DNA of 64,000 nucleotides from a virus. Below the pieces are notes generated by a model. It was not told the origin of the DNA and did no database searches. It saw only the letters and a list, made by a program, of their open reading frames with translations. Location of the stretch: the IMG/VR virus record IMGVR_UViG_3300033141_002573, positions 42,726-106,725 of that record. One strand, given 5' to 3'. Shown here in pieces: positions 51,043-60,837 of the stretch; position 1 is the stretch's first letter, and every line of letters begins with the position of its first letter. The position numbers and the translations under genes are program-made.

Positions 51043-51723
51043 ATGAAAACATTCGAGGAGATACTTTTGGATGAGGAAGCCGACCGCTGCCGACGCTGCT
51101 TGGCTGGAGAACTGGTTGACTGTGACGGTGGCCGAATAGTTCTGGACAAAAGGGCTACCGAGTGGTACGGGACCACCAAGCTACGTTGGGTGCCGTGTCC
51201 ACATTGGGGGGAACTTAAAGCCAGAAGGCGCAGGGCACAGGCGGACACCATTATGGGAAGTGGCCTTCCTACCAGTTGGGCACACAAGCCACCTCCCAAT
51301 CTATCTTCGGTGTGTGCTAAGGAAAATCTGGGTTTGGTGTGCCCCCAAGAACTGGACGCCGCGCTCATTATGCGTGTGACCGAAACATGTCAGGCGGCTG
51401 TTTACTCGCGTCTTTTGGAGGGCCGCAACGCTCATTATGTTTTCTGTCCAGGCATTGCATTTGACACCATGGATGAGATTCGTACGCTTATGTCCGATGG
51501 TGCATTTCTCTGTTTGGATAGATGGGATGGTGGAGGACACCCCCCGTCCCTCATCTCTGAGTTATCGGCTTTGTTAGAGTCCAGACTGACGGATGGTCTT
51601 CCAACGATAGTTGGTTTGTTGAGGCCATTCAACGATGTTGTAGCACGAGTTCCTGATGAGGAGCCTGTCATTGGGCTTCTTTCAACAATACCACGAGAGG
51701 TGATAAATCATGGGATACCTTGA
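51043..51723 (+). CDS. DnaC/IstB-like helicase loader with degenerate Walker A
   Basis: N-terminal CRRC...PCPH...SGLP, FLCLDRWDG (Walker B-like), LLESRLTDGLPTIV; no GxxxxGK(T/S). Confidence 0.55.
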   Translation: MKTFEEILLDEEADRCRRCLAGELVDCDGGRIVLDKRATEWYGTTKLRWVPCPHWGELKARRRRAQADTIMGSGLPTSWAHKPPPNLSSVCAKENLGLVCPQELDAALIMRVTETCQAAVYSRLLEGRNAHYVFCPGIAFDTMDEIRTLMSDGAFLCLDRWDGGGHPPSLISELSALLESRLTDGLPTIVGLLRPFNDVVARVPDEEPVIGLLSTIPREVINHGIP

Positions 51724-51834
51724 CATCATTGTGTTACTGATGTTGGGGCAGTTGGGGGTGCTAGTATTTATCGGGTGGTGGGTTGCAAAGCGGCTGCTCC
51801 AGTCCCGTAATGCACAGATCGGGAGGCGGTAGGC

Positions 51835-52188
51835 TTGCGTCCTGCTGTACGCCGTGGTGCTACGTTTCGTTACCTGACGGGTTGCGGGTATATCTACGTT
51901 ACCATCAATGAGAACGAGAACGGCGAGCCATGTGAGGTTTTCGTTCGGCTTGGAAAGGCAGGTGGCTGCGCAAGTTGTCAAACGAGCGCACTGGGAAAAA
52001 CAATAGCCCGTGCGCTCCAGGCAGGTGTTAAGGCTGAGGTCATCGTTTCTGACCTGAAAGGCATGTCCTGTGGGCGGCCAGCAGGCATAGGCGATGATCT
52101 CATCCTGTCCTGCCCCGATGCTATCGCGAGGGCGCTGTCTGAATACATTCCATTACAGACGCCCCTCGACGAGAAAGGCACTGGGTGA
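51835..52188 (+). CDS. Stand-alone TSCPD-domain protein (class II ribonucleotide reductase C-terminal domain)
   Basis: TGCGYIYVTIN...EVFVRLGKAGGC...LSCPDAIARAL. Confidence 0.85.
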   Translation: MRPAVRRGATFRYLTGCGYIYVTINENENGEPCEVFVRLGKAGGCASCQTSALGKTIARALQAGVKAEVIVSDLKGMSCGRPAGIGDDLILSCPDAIARALSEYIPLQTPLDEKGTG

Positions 52189-52197
52189 TAGTTATTT

Positions 52198-53604
52198 ATG
52201 GGCACATCCGTGGTTGATTGCGCCGAATACCGGGGAATCGGTATGCGGGGGGTGCGTAATCTCGACAATACTGAACTCCTGGCGTTGTCAAGGGAGTTTC
52301 CATCATTTCGGAGACTTGCGTCTCATCTCCGTTGCGATAGAACTGCCTTGAAGACACTCTTCGCAGAACGAAATATCCCCGATCCTACTCCGCCCTTAAG
52401 AGAAGAACCGGAGCCATTGGAGCTACCTGTTGGGGATGAGTGGGCTGTCGATTGGGAAAGTCGTGCCAAGGGACTTGAGGCCTATAACAAGCAACTGAAA
52501 AAACAACTTGATAAACTCCGGCAAGGCTACGCCATTATGGCCGGAATAATCCGCTCCGAAGTTAAGACGTTCCCCCCTGTTGTTCCCCGTTACAAACTAC
52601 CCAAACACAGATCGGTTGATGAGGAACTAGTTATGATCCACATCTCCGATTCCCATATCGGAGAATGGGTGCTCCCCGAACACACAGCAGGTTTGGAGCA
52701 GTATGATCGGGATGTTTTCCTGGAACGGAAGCAGCGTTTGATGGAGGGGATAGATAGCATTGTAAATGGTCATGTACGAGAAACCTATCCCATAAAGCAT
52801 TGTCTCGTACATTTTTATGGTGACATTGCTACCCATGAAAACATATACAAGGGCCAGGCATTCCGTATTGATATGCCACTTGTTGAGCAGATAATTTGGG
52901 GTGCCCATGAGATGGCCGATCTTGTTCGTTACCTTGCAGGAATGTTCGAAACTGTTACAGTTTTTGAACAGGAAGGGAACCATGGGGCGACGATGGGGAC
53001 CACATTGAATACTGACTGGCTTTTGTACTATACTATGAACTGCGTGCTGTCTAGCCAACCAAATGTTAGCACTGTTTTGTCTGACTCCCCATACCTCGCA
53101 TACTTCATTGATGAGTCTGTAAAGGCACCAGATGGTAAACCTCTACTTGATTATTCAGAGGGTGGCGATAGGTGGAACGCGATAATGGCACATGGGCACC
53201 AGGTGCGTCGGTATCACGGTACACCTTACTATGGGCTAGACAGGTTTGTCGGTCGTCTAACCAACATCTTCCGCATCGTGTGGGATTCTGCCAGGTGTGG
53301 GCATCACCATGAGCCTGGTGAGGGTTCGGGTTGGGAACTTGTGCCGTCATGGTTGACAGGGACAGACTACACAGTTGGGAGGCTTACCTTGGCATCTCGA
53401 CCCCAACAACTTATCAATGGATTCCACCCACGGAAGCATGAGACATGGAAGTACAAGATTGATCTTGCTGATAGGCCTCACTTGGATGATCCTGAGGACG
53501 GGGGGAATGTCTTGACACCTCACAACAAGATGAACGATCTCATTGCGTTGCGCGGTGCCGAAGCTCCGTCAGAAGGTACATCTTGTCGTAAAGGAGGCAA
53601 GTAG
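52198..53604 (+). CDS. Calcineurin-like metallophosphoesterase with N-terminal HTH/coiled coil
   Basis: HISDSHIG, GD, EGNHG, AHGH, CGHHH. Confidence 0.8.
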   Translation: MGTSVVDCAEYRGIGMRGVRNLDNTELLALSREFPSFRRLASHLRCDRTALKTLFAERNIPDPTPPLREEPEPLELPVGDEWAVDWESRAKGLEAYNKQLKKQLDKLRQGYAIMAGIIRSEVKTFPPVVPRYKLPKHRSVDEELVMIHISDSHIGEWVLPEHTAGLEQYDRDVFLERKQRLMEGIDSIVNGHVRETYPIKHCLVHFYGDIATHENIYKGQAFRIDMPLVEQIIWGAHEMADLVRYLAGMFETVTVFEQEGNHGATMGTTLNTDWLLYYTMNCVLSSQPNVSTVLSDSPYLAYFIDESVKAPDGKPLLDYSEGGDRWNAIMAHGHQVRRYHGTPYYGLDRFVGRLTNIFRIVWDSARCGHHHEPGEGSGWELVPSWLTGTDYTVGRLTLASRPQQLINGFHPRKHETWKYKIDLADRPHLDDPEDGGNVLTPHNKMNDLIALRGAEAPSEGTSCRKGGK

Positions 53605-53605
53605 A

Positions 53606-53830
53606 ATGTGGTTTCGAGGCTCCGACGAGGAGCGTATTCAGAAGATATTTACGATGGTCGTGGTATTTATACTGATAGTGGTTTTCTGTCTCATGGCCGC
53701 AGTGAACCACGTGGAAGGTAGCAACAGTTCTCCCCCGTTCCCTTCTGATAGCTCTGGTTCCGTCTCCGTTGCTACCCCTATACACGAATGCGTCGACCGC
53801 ACCTTACAAATTTCCTATCAGCAGATGTGA
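53606..53830 (+). CDS. Small membrane protein
   Basis: IFTMVVVFILIVVFCLMAAV helix; GGAGG RBS. Confidence 0.55.
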   Translation: MWFRGSDEERIQKIFTMVVVFILIVVFCLMAAVNHVEGSNSSPPFPSDSSGSVSVATPIHECVDRTLQISYQQM

Positions 53831-53837
53831 TTTCCCC

Positions 53838-53866
53838 TTGACTCCCCAGGCGATGTGTGGTATTCT
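53838..53866 (+). promoter_or_regulatory. sigma70-type promoter
   Basis: TTGACT-N17-TATTCT with TG extension. Confidence 0.7.
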
Positions 53867-53948
53867 TCTGTTATGCTGTGCGGTATCCACTAGAGGTCCT
53901 CCGTCTTAAATAATAAGCAAGCAAATGCCATCGAGGTAGGATCATCCA

Positions 53949-55670
53949 ATGCAACGTGTTTTGCAAGGAGACAGTGCTGTTATCCTCCGAGAGTTTGACG
54001 ATAACTACTTCCATGCCATCGTTACTGATCCCCCCCACGCCTTAGGCAAAAAGCAGAAACGGGGAACTGCTCCTGGTGAAGGCAAAGCGAGTGGATTCAT
54101 GTCTGCTGATTGGGATAAGCATCTTCCCCCACAGGCTATTTTTGATGAATGCTACCGAGTGCTGAAGCCGGGTGGACACATCTGGATTATTGCGAACGAG
54201 CGATGGGCGACCTGCTTCGGCTTGGGAATGCGGCTACGCAATGCGGGCTTTCTGATAGACGATTCGCAGATAGTAGCCTGGCTGTCCCTTACCGGAATGC
54301 CCAAATCCCATGACATCAGCAAGCAGGCTGACAAGCAGGCTTTTCGGCGTTGGCTTGAGTACGTGGGGCGTGAGACCGTCAAGTGCCCCAACCACCACGC
54401 GGAGAATGACGAGAACGGGAAGCCTAAGCGGTGCGCGGCGTGCGCGAAGGTCTTCGCCGAGGGGAAGATAACCCAGGAGGAGAGACGCAAGGCAGAGAGC
54501 GCAGCGGTGAATGGGAAGTTCGACGTGACCGCCTGGGGTAGACCCGCACACGGCGCACGGGGTATCACATATAGCACAGAGGCTTTCGGCGCAAACCCCG
54601 ACCGCAGCGCAGGCACCGCCCTCCTCTCCTTCATCATCTCGTCCCACTGGCCTTCCTCTCCCGCCGAGCAGCGGGCGCAGTGGGAGGCCGTCGTGGGCGA
54701 AGTGCCGGAGGGATGGGATACGAGTAGGCCGCCAGGGGTGAGGGTGCAGGTGGCTGAGAAAACTGTATCTGGATACCCCGACGGGAAGGGGGTTGCGCAT
54801 TACAAAAATCGGAGGAAGTCGGAGGGAAGCCAAGTCTGGACAGAAGGTACTGTGTCCATTACGCGGCCTTCTACCCCCATCGCCGCCGAGTGGGATGGCT
54901 GGCGCGGTTCGATTACGCCCTTCCGCCCCCTTGTTTCACTCATTCTCCATGCGCAGAAACCGTGGAAAGGCTCTTATCTACGATGTGCGGAGGAGCACGG
55001 AACCGGGAGCATAAACGTGGATGGTGGTAAGATTCCGTTCGGCGAAGGTGGTGAGTACACCGTCAACGTACTGGCAGAATGGAGTGGCTTGGGCCAACTC
55101 AAGCGTCCTGACTATGAGGCCCGTGAGGAGACTGTTGGCCGCGTCCCAGGCAATATCCTCACGTACGCTGATCTGCTAGGTGAGCTTACCCACCAAGCCG
55201 ACCTCGACATGTGGGCCAAGCGCTTCGGTCTTCCAACTCCAAGTGCAGAACTGCTGGAGACGGGAATTGTGTATTGTCCGAAACCGAGCAGGAGGGAAAA
55301 GCAAGCAGGACTGGATGCGAACGAGGGGGTGGCAGTCTACAACAGAAAGTGCCGTAAGTGCGGTAAGTGGGAGAGGTCTCAGGGACTCGATGCCGAACGC
55401 TACACGTGTCGATGTGCTTCACCTGAATGGATAGAGCCGAAAGGGAATGTACATCCTACCTGCAAGCCTGTTGCTCTTTCTGCGTTTTTGATTGGTATTT
55501 CTACCAAGGAGGGTGATAACGTACTCGACCCCTTTGTGGGGTCGGGTACGACGCTTGTTGCTGCAAAGATGTTAGGACGCAATGGTGTAGGCATCGAACT
55601 ATCTGAGGAGTACGCTGAGATAGCAAGGGCGCGTTTGAGTGTTACAAATAAGATCCAGGAGTTTAGCTAA
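53949..55670 (+). CDS. Large beta-class DNA methyltransferase with Zn-ribbon insertions
   Basis: IVTDPPH, HPTCKP, DPFVGSGTT; inserted CPNH...CAAC and CRKC...CRC. Confidence 0.85.
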   Translation: MQRVLQGDSAVILREFDDNYFHAIVTDPPHALGKKQKRGTAPGEGKASGFMSADWDKHLPPQAIFDECYRVLKPGGHIWIIANERWATCFGLGMRLRNAGFLIDDSQIVAWLSLTGMPKSHDISKQADKQAFRRWLEYVGRETVKCPNHHAENDENGKPKRCAACAKVFAEGKITQEERRKAESAAVNGKFDVTAWGRPAHGARGITYSTEAFGANPDRSAGTALLSFIISSHWPSSPAEQRAQWEAVVGEVPEGWDTSRPPGVRVQVAEKTVSGYPDGKGVAHYKNRRKSEGSQVWTEGTVSITRPSTPIAAEWDGWRGSITPFRPLVSLILHAQKPWKGSYLRCAEEHGTGSINVDGGKIPFGEGGEYTVNVLAEWSGLGQLKRPDYEAREETVGRVPGNILTYADLLGELTHQADLDMWAKRFGLPTPSAELLETGIVYCPKPSRREKQAGLDANEGVAVYNRKCRKCGKWERSQGLDAERYTCRCASPEWIEPKGNVHPTCKPVALSAFLIGISTKEGDNVLDPFVGSGTTLVAAKMLGRNGVGIELSEEYAEIARARLSVTNKIQEFS

Positions 55671-55691
55671 CGAACGGATGGTGAAGACAAC

Positions 55692-55877
55692 GTGTGTAAG
55701 TTGGGTAAGCAAGACCTCCACCAGAAAATATTGATCCTGGGGGATATGCACTATGGGGATAAAGCAGCACCTGATAGGTACAGACAATGGCTTGCTGATA
55801 ACCCCGATGTGAAACGTGTGGTTGTGGGTGATGTGATACAAAAGGCAGTTCGAATGTACAGCGAGAGAGGTCGATAA
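55692..55877 (+). pseudogene. Truncated metallophosphoesterase remnant
   Basis: ILILGDMHYG and VVVGDVI (motifs I-II) then a stop; later motifs absent. Confidence 0.5.
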
Positions 55878-55879
55878 CA

Positions 55880-56443
55880 GTGATATTACCTGAGGCCGAA
55901 CATTGGAAACGGATTGAAACAGATGGAGAGAAACGGGTTGCTGTTGGGCATAGGCTTCGTGGGACTAAAACAGTTAAGCTTGCTGTGTATCGGCTTCTGC
56001 GACATGGGTATGAAGAGTGGATAGATGAGGGGAACTACACCTATGGCTGGGCGCTAGAGAAACTTGGGCCTGGACCGGAGGGACAGGAGCGTATTTATGT
56101 TACAGGCCCAATAGAGGGAAACTCAGAGGCTATTGTGGAACGTAACATCATAGGCATAGAGAGTGCTTACCGAAGACTTGTTGCGGTTGGGCACTGGCCT
56201 TACTGCCCCTACATCGGACTATCTCCAGATATGGTGTTCTATGAGTCCCCTGACAGGCGGAATATGCGTATTCAACTAGGGATGGTGTGGATGGATCTAT
56301 GCCATTCTATTTTGCTACTCCCAGGGTACAAGGACAGTAAGTACACAATGGACGAGCATGACAGAGCAAAAGAACTTGGGTTGAATGTATACTACTCCAT
56401 CGAGGATATTCCTGAGGTTGAAAGAAGAGGAGATAGCGCGTAA
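55880..56443 (+). CDS. DUF4406/DUF1937-like Rossmann-fold protein with N-terminal extension
   Basis: RIYVTGPI...GHWPYCP...CHSILLLPGYKDSK...EHDRAKELGLNV. Confidence 0.6.
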   Translation: MILPEAEHWKRIETDGEKRVAVGHRLRGTKTVKLAVYRLLRHGYEEWIDEGNYTYGWALEKLGPGPEGQERIYVTGPIEGNSEAIVERNIIGIESAYRRLVAVGHWPYCPYIGLSPDMVFYESPDRRNMRIQLGMVWMDLCHSILLLPGYKDSKYTMDEHDRAKELGLNVYYSIEDIPEVERRGDSA

Positions 56444-56444
56444 G

Positions 56445-57185
56445 GTGCAGTTGACCTTAGGTGGGAAGAGTCCTGTTGACCGAAGCATTGCAATCATTCG
56501 TGAGTTTGAACCGCCAGAGGGTTATTATCTTGCATTCAGCGGCGGCAAGGATAGCGTGGTGCTGTATGACCTAACAGTTCGGGCTAAGGTACGCTTCGAT
56601 GCCCATTATAATATGACTACAGTTGACCCGCCGGAACTAACACGGTTCATTAAACGTGAGTACCCTGATGTGTCTTGGGAAGTGCCTTCGTTGAACTTTT
56701 TTCAGATGGTCCTTGTACGAGGAACCTTGCCAACACGGAGAATGCGCTGGTGTTGTCGGGCATTCAAGGAAGTAGGGGGAGTGGGACGAGTTGTGCTGGT
56801 GGGTTTGCGTGCCCAAGAGAGCAGAAGTCGGGCTAAACGACCCGTTGTGGCAGCATGTACAAAATCGCACAAGTGGTTTGTATCGCCTATTCGTGACTGG
56901 ACATCGGCTGACGTGTGGGAATACATTCATAACCAGGGCTTGGCCTATTGCAGTCTGTACGACGAGGGTTTCGACCGCTTGGGTTGTGTTATCTGCCCAT
57001 TCCAGAGTAGGGCACAACGCGACGCAAGCATGGTGCGATGGCCGACATTCTGGCGGCTCTTGGAGCAGACTGCCCATAAACTCTGGCATTTGCGCCCACG
57101 TATTCAAGAACGGTTTCCAACACCTGAGAGTTACTGGGACTGGTGGTTATCAGGTCATGCGTCAAATGGTGGGAGCAGTCCGTAA
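56445..57185 (+). CDS. PAPS reductase-family protein
   Basis: YYLAFSGGKDS, WCCRAFKE, SPIRDWT, RLGCVICP. Start uncertain (track uses 56385). Confidence 0.88.
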   Translation: MQLTLGGKSPVDRSIAIIREFEPPEGYYLAFSGGKDSVVLYDLTVRAKVRFDAHYNMTTVDPPELTRFIKREYPDVSWEVPSLNFFQMVLVRGTLPTRRMRWCCRAFKEVGGVGRVVLVGLRAQESRSRAKRPVVAACTKSHKWFVSPIRDWTSADVWEYIHNQGLAYCSLYDEGFDRLGCVICPFQSRAQRDASMVRWPTFWRLLEQTAHKLWHLRPRIQERFPTPESYWDWWLSGHASNGGSSP

Positions 57186-57263
57186 GCGTGTTTTGATGTC
57201 GGGTAAAATATGGGTGATGTGGCCCGATGGGCTTTTTACTCAACGGAGGGAAAGGAGTAGGTT

Positions 57264-57494
57264 GTGTCGGAAAACAGATTCGAACGCTACGAGCACCACG
57301 GGAGGATCGTTGCGGTAGCCAAAGACCTCAAGGGTAGAGAAAAGGAGCACTGTCTGTGTTTCTCCTGCAAGAAGTTTTCGCCTAACCCCAACCCTGGTGA
57401 TAACTGCCCTATAGCGCAAGCGCTGTTCGAGTTCGACTGTAAGTACGGGCTGGTTACACCAGTTTGGGAATGTCCAGAGTTCGAGGAACGCTAA
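57264..57494 (+). CDS. Small Cys-rich protein
   Basis: CLCFSC...CPIA...C...ECPEF. Confidence 0.6.
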   Translation: MSENRFERYEHHGRIVAVAKDLKGREKEHCLCFSCKKFSPNPNPGDNCPIAQALFEFDCKYGLVTPVWECPEFEER

Positions 57495-57592
57495 CACACG
57501 CGGAGGGGTGTGGTCTGGCGGCAGACCGTATGGTCTGGAATTAGACTGGAATTAGGCCAGGATTAGACTTCTACACGAAAGGAGGTGTCTTA

Positions 57593-57895
57593 ATGTTTGA
57601 CTGGTCGCAGTTCCCTGATTTGGTTGCGGAGGCAGGAGTAATTGTTGTTGGTGTCGGTGTCGGTGTAGCCGCAGGCCTCCAGGTTATCAAGGAGGCCATT
57701 GGACTGTTCGGTGTTACAGTTCCCGCCGAGGTTATGTCCATAGTGTCGGCGGTACTGTCAAGTGGTACGACAGCCTGGATTCTTATCCAGTCGGGGACAC
57801 CGTGGCTCTTGGCGGTACTAGCGGCGCTGGCTGCGCTCTACGCGCCGAAGGCGGCGCACGATGGCATGGGGCGGCTTAAGGGCAAGGGCGTATAA
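57593..57895 (+). CDS. Putative holin
   Basis: 100 aa, three hydrophobic helices, basic C-terminus, GAAAGGAGG RBS, upstream of endolysin. Confidence 0.6.
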   Translation: MFDWSQFPDLVAEAGVIVVGVGVGVAAGLQVIKEAIGLFGVTVPAEVMSIVSAVLSSGTTAWILIQSGTPWLLAVLAALAALYAPKAAHDGMGRLKGKGV

Positions 57896-58005
57896 ACGCG
57901 CTCTAAGCTAGGGGGGATCGGCGCATGAGGCAAACGCCCCCATGAGGGTGCGGGAAATGCCGTGGTGGGGCCTGAGGGCAGCCGTACAAGGAGCAAGAGA
58001 TACCA

Positions 58006-58431
58006 GTGAGTCAATACGTCATCAGCGGCGGTCTCTTGATGGAGCGTCACGTCATGCACTTTCTTACCGAAGCGGAAGAACACCATATAAAGCGAACTGT
58101 CCCGTGGGAGAGTCTGGACGTGGGCGTACGCGAACTCGTTCGCCTTTACAACACCATAGACGGGCTTGCCACGGTCCAGTCTTGCGCAGGACACGTTACG
58201 CCGCACTCTGACGGTTTTTCCATTGATTGTGCCCACATCACGCTCCGTGTAGCGGAACGCTGGTGGCCCAAGATTGTTGGAGTTTTCTTCGAAGCCGGTG
58301 TGCGGGACATTACCCTTCGCCAATTCAACGATGGTAGCTTCTGGGTATCAGCAGAAGTAGACCCCGGGGAGAAGCATCTGCTGTACACGGCAGTTCGTGC
58401 GTTAACCGATGGTCACGTACCCCGCGACTAA
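58006..58431 (+). CDS. Hypothetical protein (TYW3 N-terminal-like fold, weak)
   Basis: VRELVRLYNTIDGLATVQSCAGH resembles the TYW3 I-N-x-T-T-S-S-C-S-G motif. Confidence 0.45.
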   Translation: MSQYVISGGLLMERHVMHFLTEAEEHHIKRTVPWESLDVGVRELVRLYNTIDGLATVQSCAGHVTPHSDGFSIDCAHITLRVAERWWPKIVGVFFEAGVRDITLRQFNDGSFWVSAEVDPGEKHLLYTAVRALTDGHVPRD

Positions 58432-58562
58432 AGTCGAGGGCTTCCTGAGCACGATACTGGTGAGTCAGCATGTCATCACGGGCGATGGCGCGGTAGTGCT
58501 GGGGTCTTGCAATGACTGACTACGCCGGAACCAAGGCAGCTTGAACTGGTAGGAGGCAGCGA

Positions 58563-59297
58563 ATGAACATCCCCGTGACGGGCACCAACGCGGACGCCGC
58601 GAGGATAGCGCGAGCGGCGGCATACGCCCATGAGCGTGACGGTCTCTCGTATATAACCATCAACGGGGAGACCTTCGACCTGCTCGAACGCGGCTGGTGC
58701 AGTAGGTTCGTGCGCAAGGTTTGTGCTGCTGTCACAGGCATCGAGTGGCCGCCGTGGGCGGGACGGTTTGCCGTCTGGACGGAGCGCAACCTGACGCAGC
58801 AGGGGTTCTCGGTAGACGAACCTGAGCCTGGCGACCTCGTGTGTTTCAATGCGGTGACCTACCATAAGTTCGGACGCCACGCGGTCTGGGGTTGGCCTGC
58901 CTGGAAAGTGAAGGCGAACGGTGCTGTTGGACATATCGGCATCTTCCTCGGTGACGGCCTCTTCGCCGAAAACACTAGCAGTTCACGGGGACCCGGCACC
59001 GTCATCAGCGACCTCTCCCGCATGGCCTCCCGCATCAGCGGATACTACCGGCCCCTGCGGTCGGCGCAGAAGCCCTTCCGCGTTGAGTACGTGGGCACCT
59101 ACCTTCGCGAGGAGGACGCCGAGCTACGCGATGGTCACACATGGGTTCGGCTCGGTGCGGTACTGCGCATCGAGGACTACCTGACTTCGCTGCCTGAGCC
59201 GCCGGTCGGGAGGCACATGGTGTGGCGGCCTGAGTTGAGGAAGACCTTCGTGAAGGTCGGGCACGTAGAGACCGTGGAAGGGAAGAAAGAGGAATGA
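58563..59297 (+). CDS. NlpC/P60 peptidoglycan hydrolase (endolysin) with C-terminal binding domain
   Basis: WCSRFV (Cys), PEPGDLVCFN, GHIGIFLGDG (His); C-terminal LRDGHTWVRLG resembles the copper-amine-oxidase N-like stalk. Confidence 0.8.
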   Translation: MNIPVTGTNADAARIARAAAYAHERDGLSYITINGETFDLLERGWCSRFVRKVCAAVTGIEWPPWAGRFAVWTERNLTQQGFSVDEPEPGDLVCFNAVTYHKFGRHAVWGWPAWKVKANGAVGHIGIFLGDGLFAENTSSSRGPGTVISDLSRMASRISGYYRPLRSAQKPFRVEYVGTYLREEDAELRDGHTWVRLGAVLRIEDYLTSLPEPPVGRHMVWRPELRKTFVKVGHVETVEGKKEE

Positions 59298-59653
59298 GAG
59301 ACAAATCTTGGGTGGTGGTTGACCTGGACGGAACGCTTGCCGAGTACGACCACTGGCGAGGGCCGCAACACTTTGGTGAACCACTGCCTGGCGCAAGCGA
59401 GTTTATGCACCGCCTGAGCGATCGTTTTCAGATTGCTATCTGGACGACTCGCGGAGACATTGTGGCAGTTAAGGCATGGCTTGATGCGCACAATATACCG
59501 TACGATAGCATCAATGATACAGCCCACAATCCCGAGGGCTGCGGTAACAAGCCAATAGGTGTAGCCTATCTCGACGACCGGGCCGTGCGCTTCGATGGCG
59601 ACTACGATGCAGCATATCAGGCCATCTGTGAACTAGACGAGCGAGGCGTTTAG
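59294..59653 (+). CDS. HAD-superfamily phosphatase (PNKP-phosphatase-like)
   Basis: VVVDLDGTLA, IWTTR, KP, YLDDRA. Confidence 0.8.
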   Translation: MRDKSWVVVDLDGTLAEYDHWRGPQHFGEPLPGASEFMHRLSDRFQIAIWTTRGDIVAVKAWLDAHNIPYDSINDTAHNPEGCGNKPIGVAYLDDRAVRFDGDYDAAYQAICELDERGV

Positions 59654-59821
59654 AACATCCGCCGACTGCGAACTCGTGACAAAGCACCTGCGGGAGCAGC
59701 GGAAGCTGTACCTCTGGCCGCGAGCCTGGGGGGCGCCACGCTCAGACATGTAACGCCGAATCTCATGGACGGGCGATTCTCCATTTCTGGAACTGTGGAG
59801 AATCGCCAAAGAGGAGAAGCA

Positions 59822-60556
59822 ATGAAACCGTACTGGCGGGATGAGGCCCACGGGCTTGAGATATACCACGGGGACTGCCTCGAGGTCATGCCGCAGTTTG
59901 AGCGGGAGTTCGAGGTTGTCTTCACCGACCCTCCCTATGGGATAGAATATAATGGGGGCACGGGCAACAAAAAGAAGCGCGAGCCGCTTGCTGGCGATGC
60001 TCGCGATGTCTACGGGGAGTTTCTGCCGTTGCTACCCGTTGGGAGAGACGCCGCTGCGTACATCTGGTTCACTGACAAGAAGGTGCGAGTAGTTTATGCC
60101 GCCGCCGAAGACAACGGATGGACGGTACGGGCGCTTATCATTTGGAATAAGATGCAGGCGCATTACGGTGCGTTCATGGCGCAGTACATGCAGAAACATG
60201 AGCCTTGCCTCTACCTCGTGCGTGGCACCCCGCCGTGGTATGGCCCAACCAATGAGGTCACTGTCTGGGATGTAAAGCAGCCGACACGCAGTGACCATCC
60301 GACACAGAAGCCTATTGCCTTAGCGGTGCGGGCAGTGCAGAACAGTAGCGCAGAGGGCGATGCTGTCCTCGACCCGTTCCTTGGCAGCGGCACCACTCTC
60401 GTCGCCTGCTATCGCCTCGGACGGCGCGGCGTTGGGATAGAAATCTCCGAGGAGTACTGTGAACTATCCGCCAAGCGCCTTGAGCGAGAGATAGCGCAAG
60501 GTCGCCTGTTTGAACCCGCAGAGATAGGCAAGCTGAAACAGGAGGTGTTGTTATGA
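59822..60556 (+). CDS. Beta-class DNA methyltransferase (N6-adenine likely)
   Basis: TDPPY, HPTQKP, DPFLGSGTT. Confidence 0.92.
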   Translation: MKPYWRDEAHGLEIYHGDCLEVMPQFEREFEVVFTDPPYGIEYNGGTGNKKKREPLAGDARDVYGEFLPLLPVGRDAAAYIWFTDKKVRVVYAAAEDNGWTVRALIIWNKMQAHYGAFMAQYMQKHEPCLYLVRGTPPWYGPTNEVTVWDVKQPTRSDHPTQKPIALAVRAVQNSSAEGDAVLDPFLGSGTTLVACYRLGRRGVGIEISEEYCELSAKRLEREIAQGRLFEPAEIGKLKQEVLL

Positions 60557-60765
60557 AAGTGCTCGATGATATTCACCGTTGGGTGGGAAGTCGGACGGGT
60601 CGTCGTATTGAGCGTGTCTACAAGCTCATAGTGGCAGGCAAGGCCGTGTCGTTCATCGCCCGTCGTGCTGACTGGTCAAAACACCGTACAGGGTGCGCTG
60701 AAGCTGCTCTTCGTGCTTACGACTTTGCTCGCGAGCAAGGACTCGAAGAGCAGGACCATTCTTGA
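60553..60765 (+). CDS. Hypothetical protein
   Basis: ATGA overlap with methyltransferase stop; GGAGG RBS. Confidence 0.5.
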   Translation: MKVLDDIHRWVGSRTGRRIERVYKLIVAGKAVSFIARRADWSKHRTGCAEAALRAYDFAREQGLEEQDHS

Positions 60766-60837
60766 ACGGAACTTTAGTGCCAGTGGAGTGTCACTCTGTA
60801 GACACAACACATATTGCGAAACAGTAGGTAACACGGA

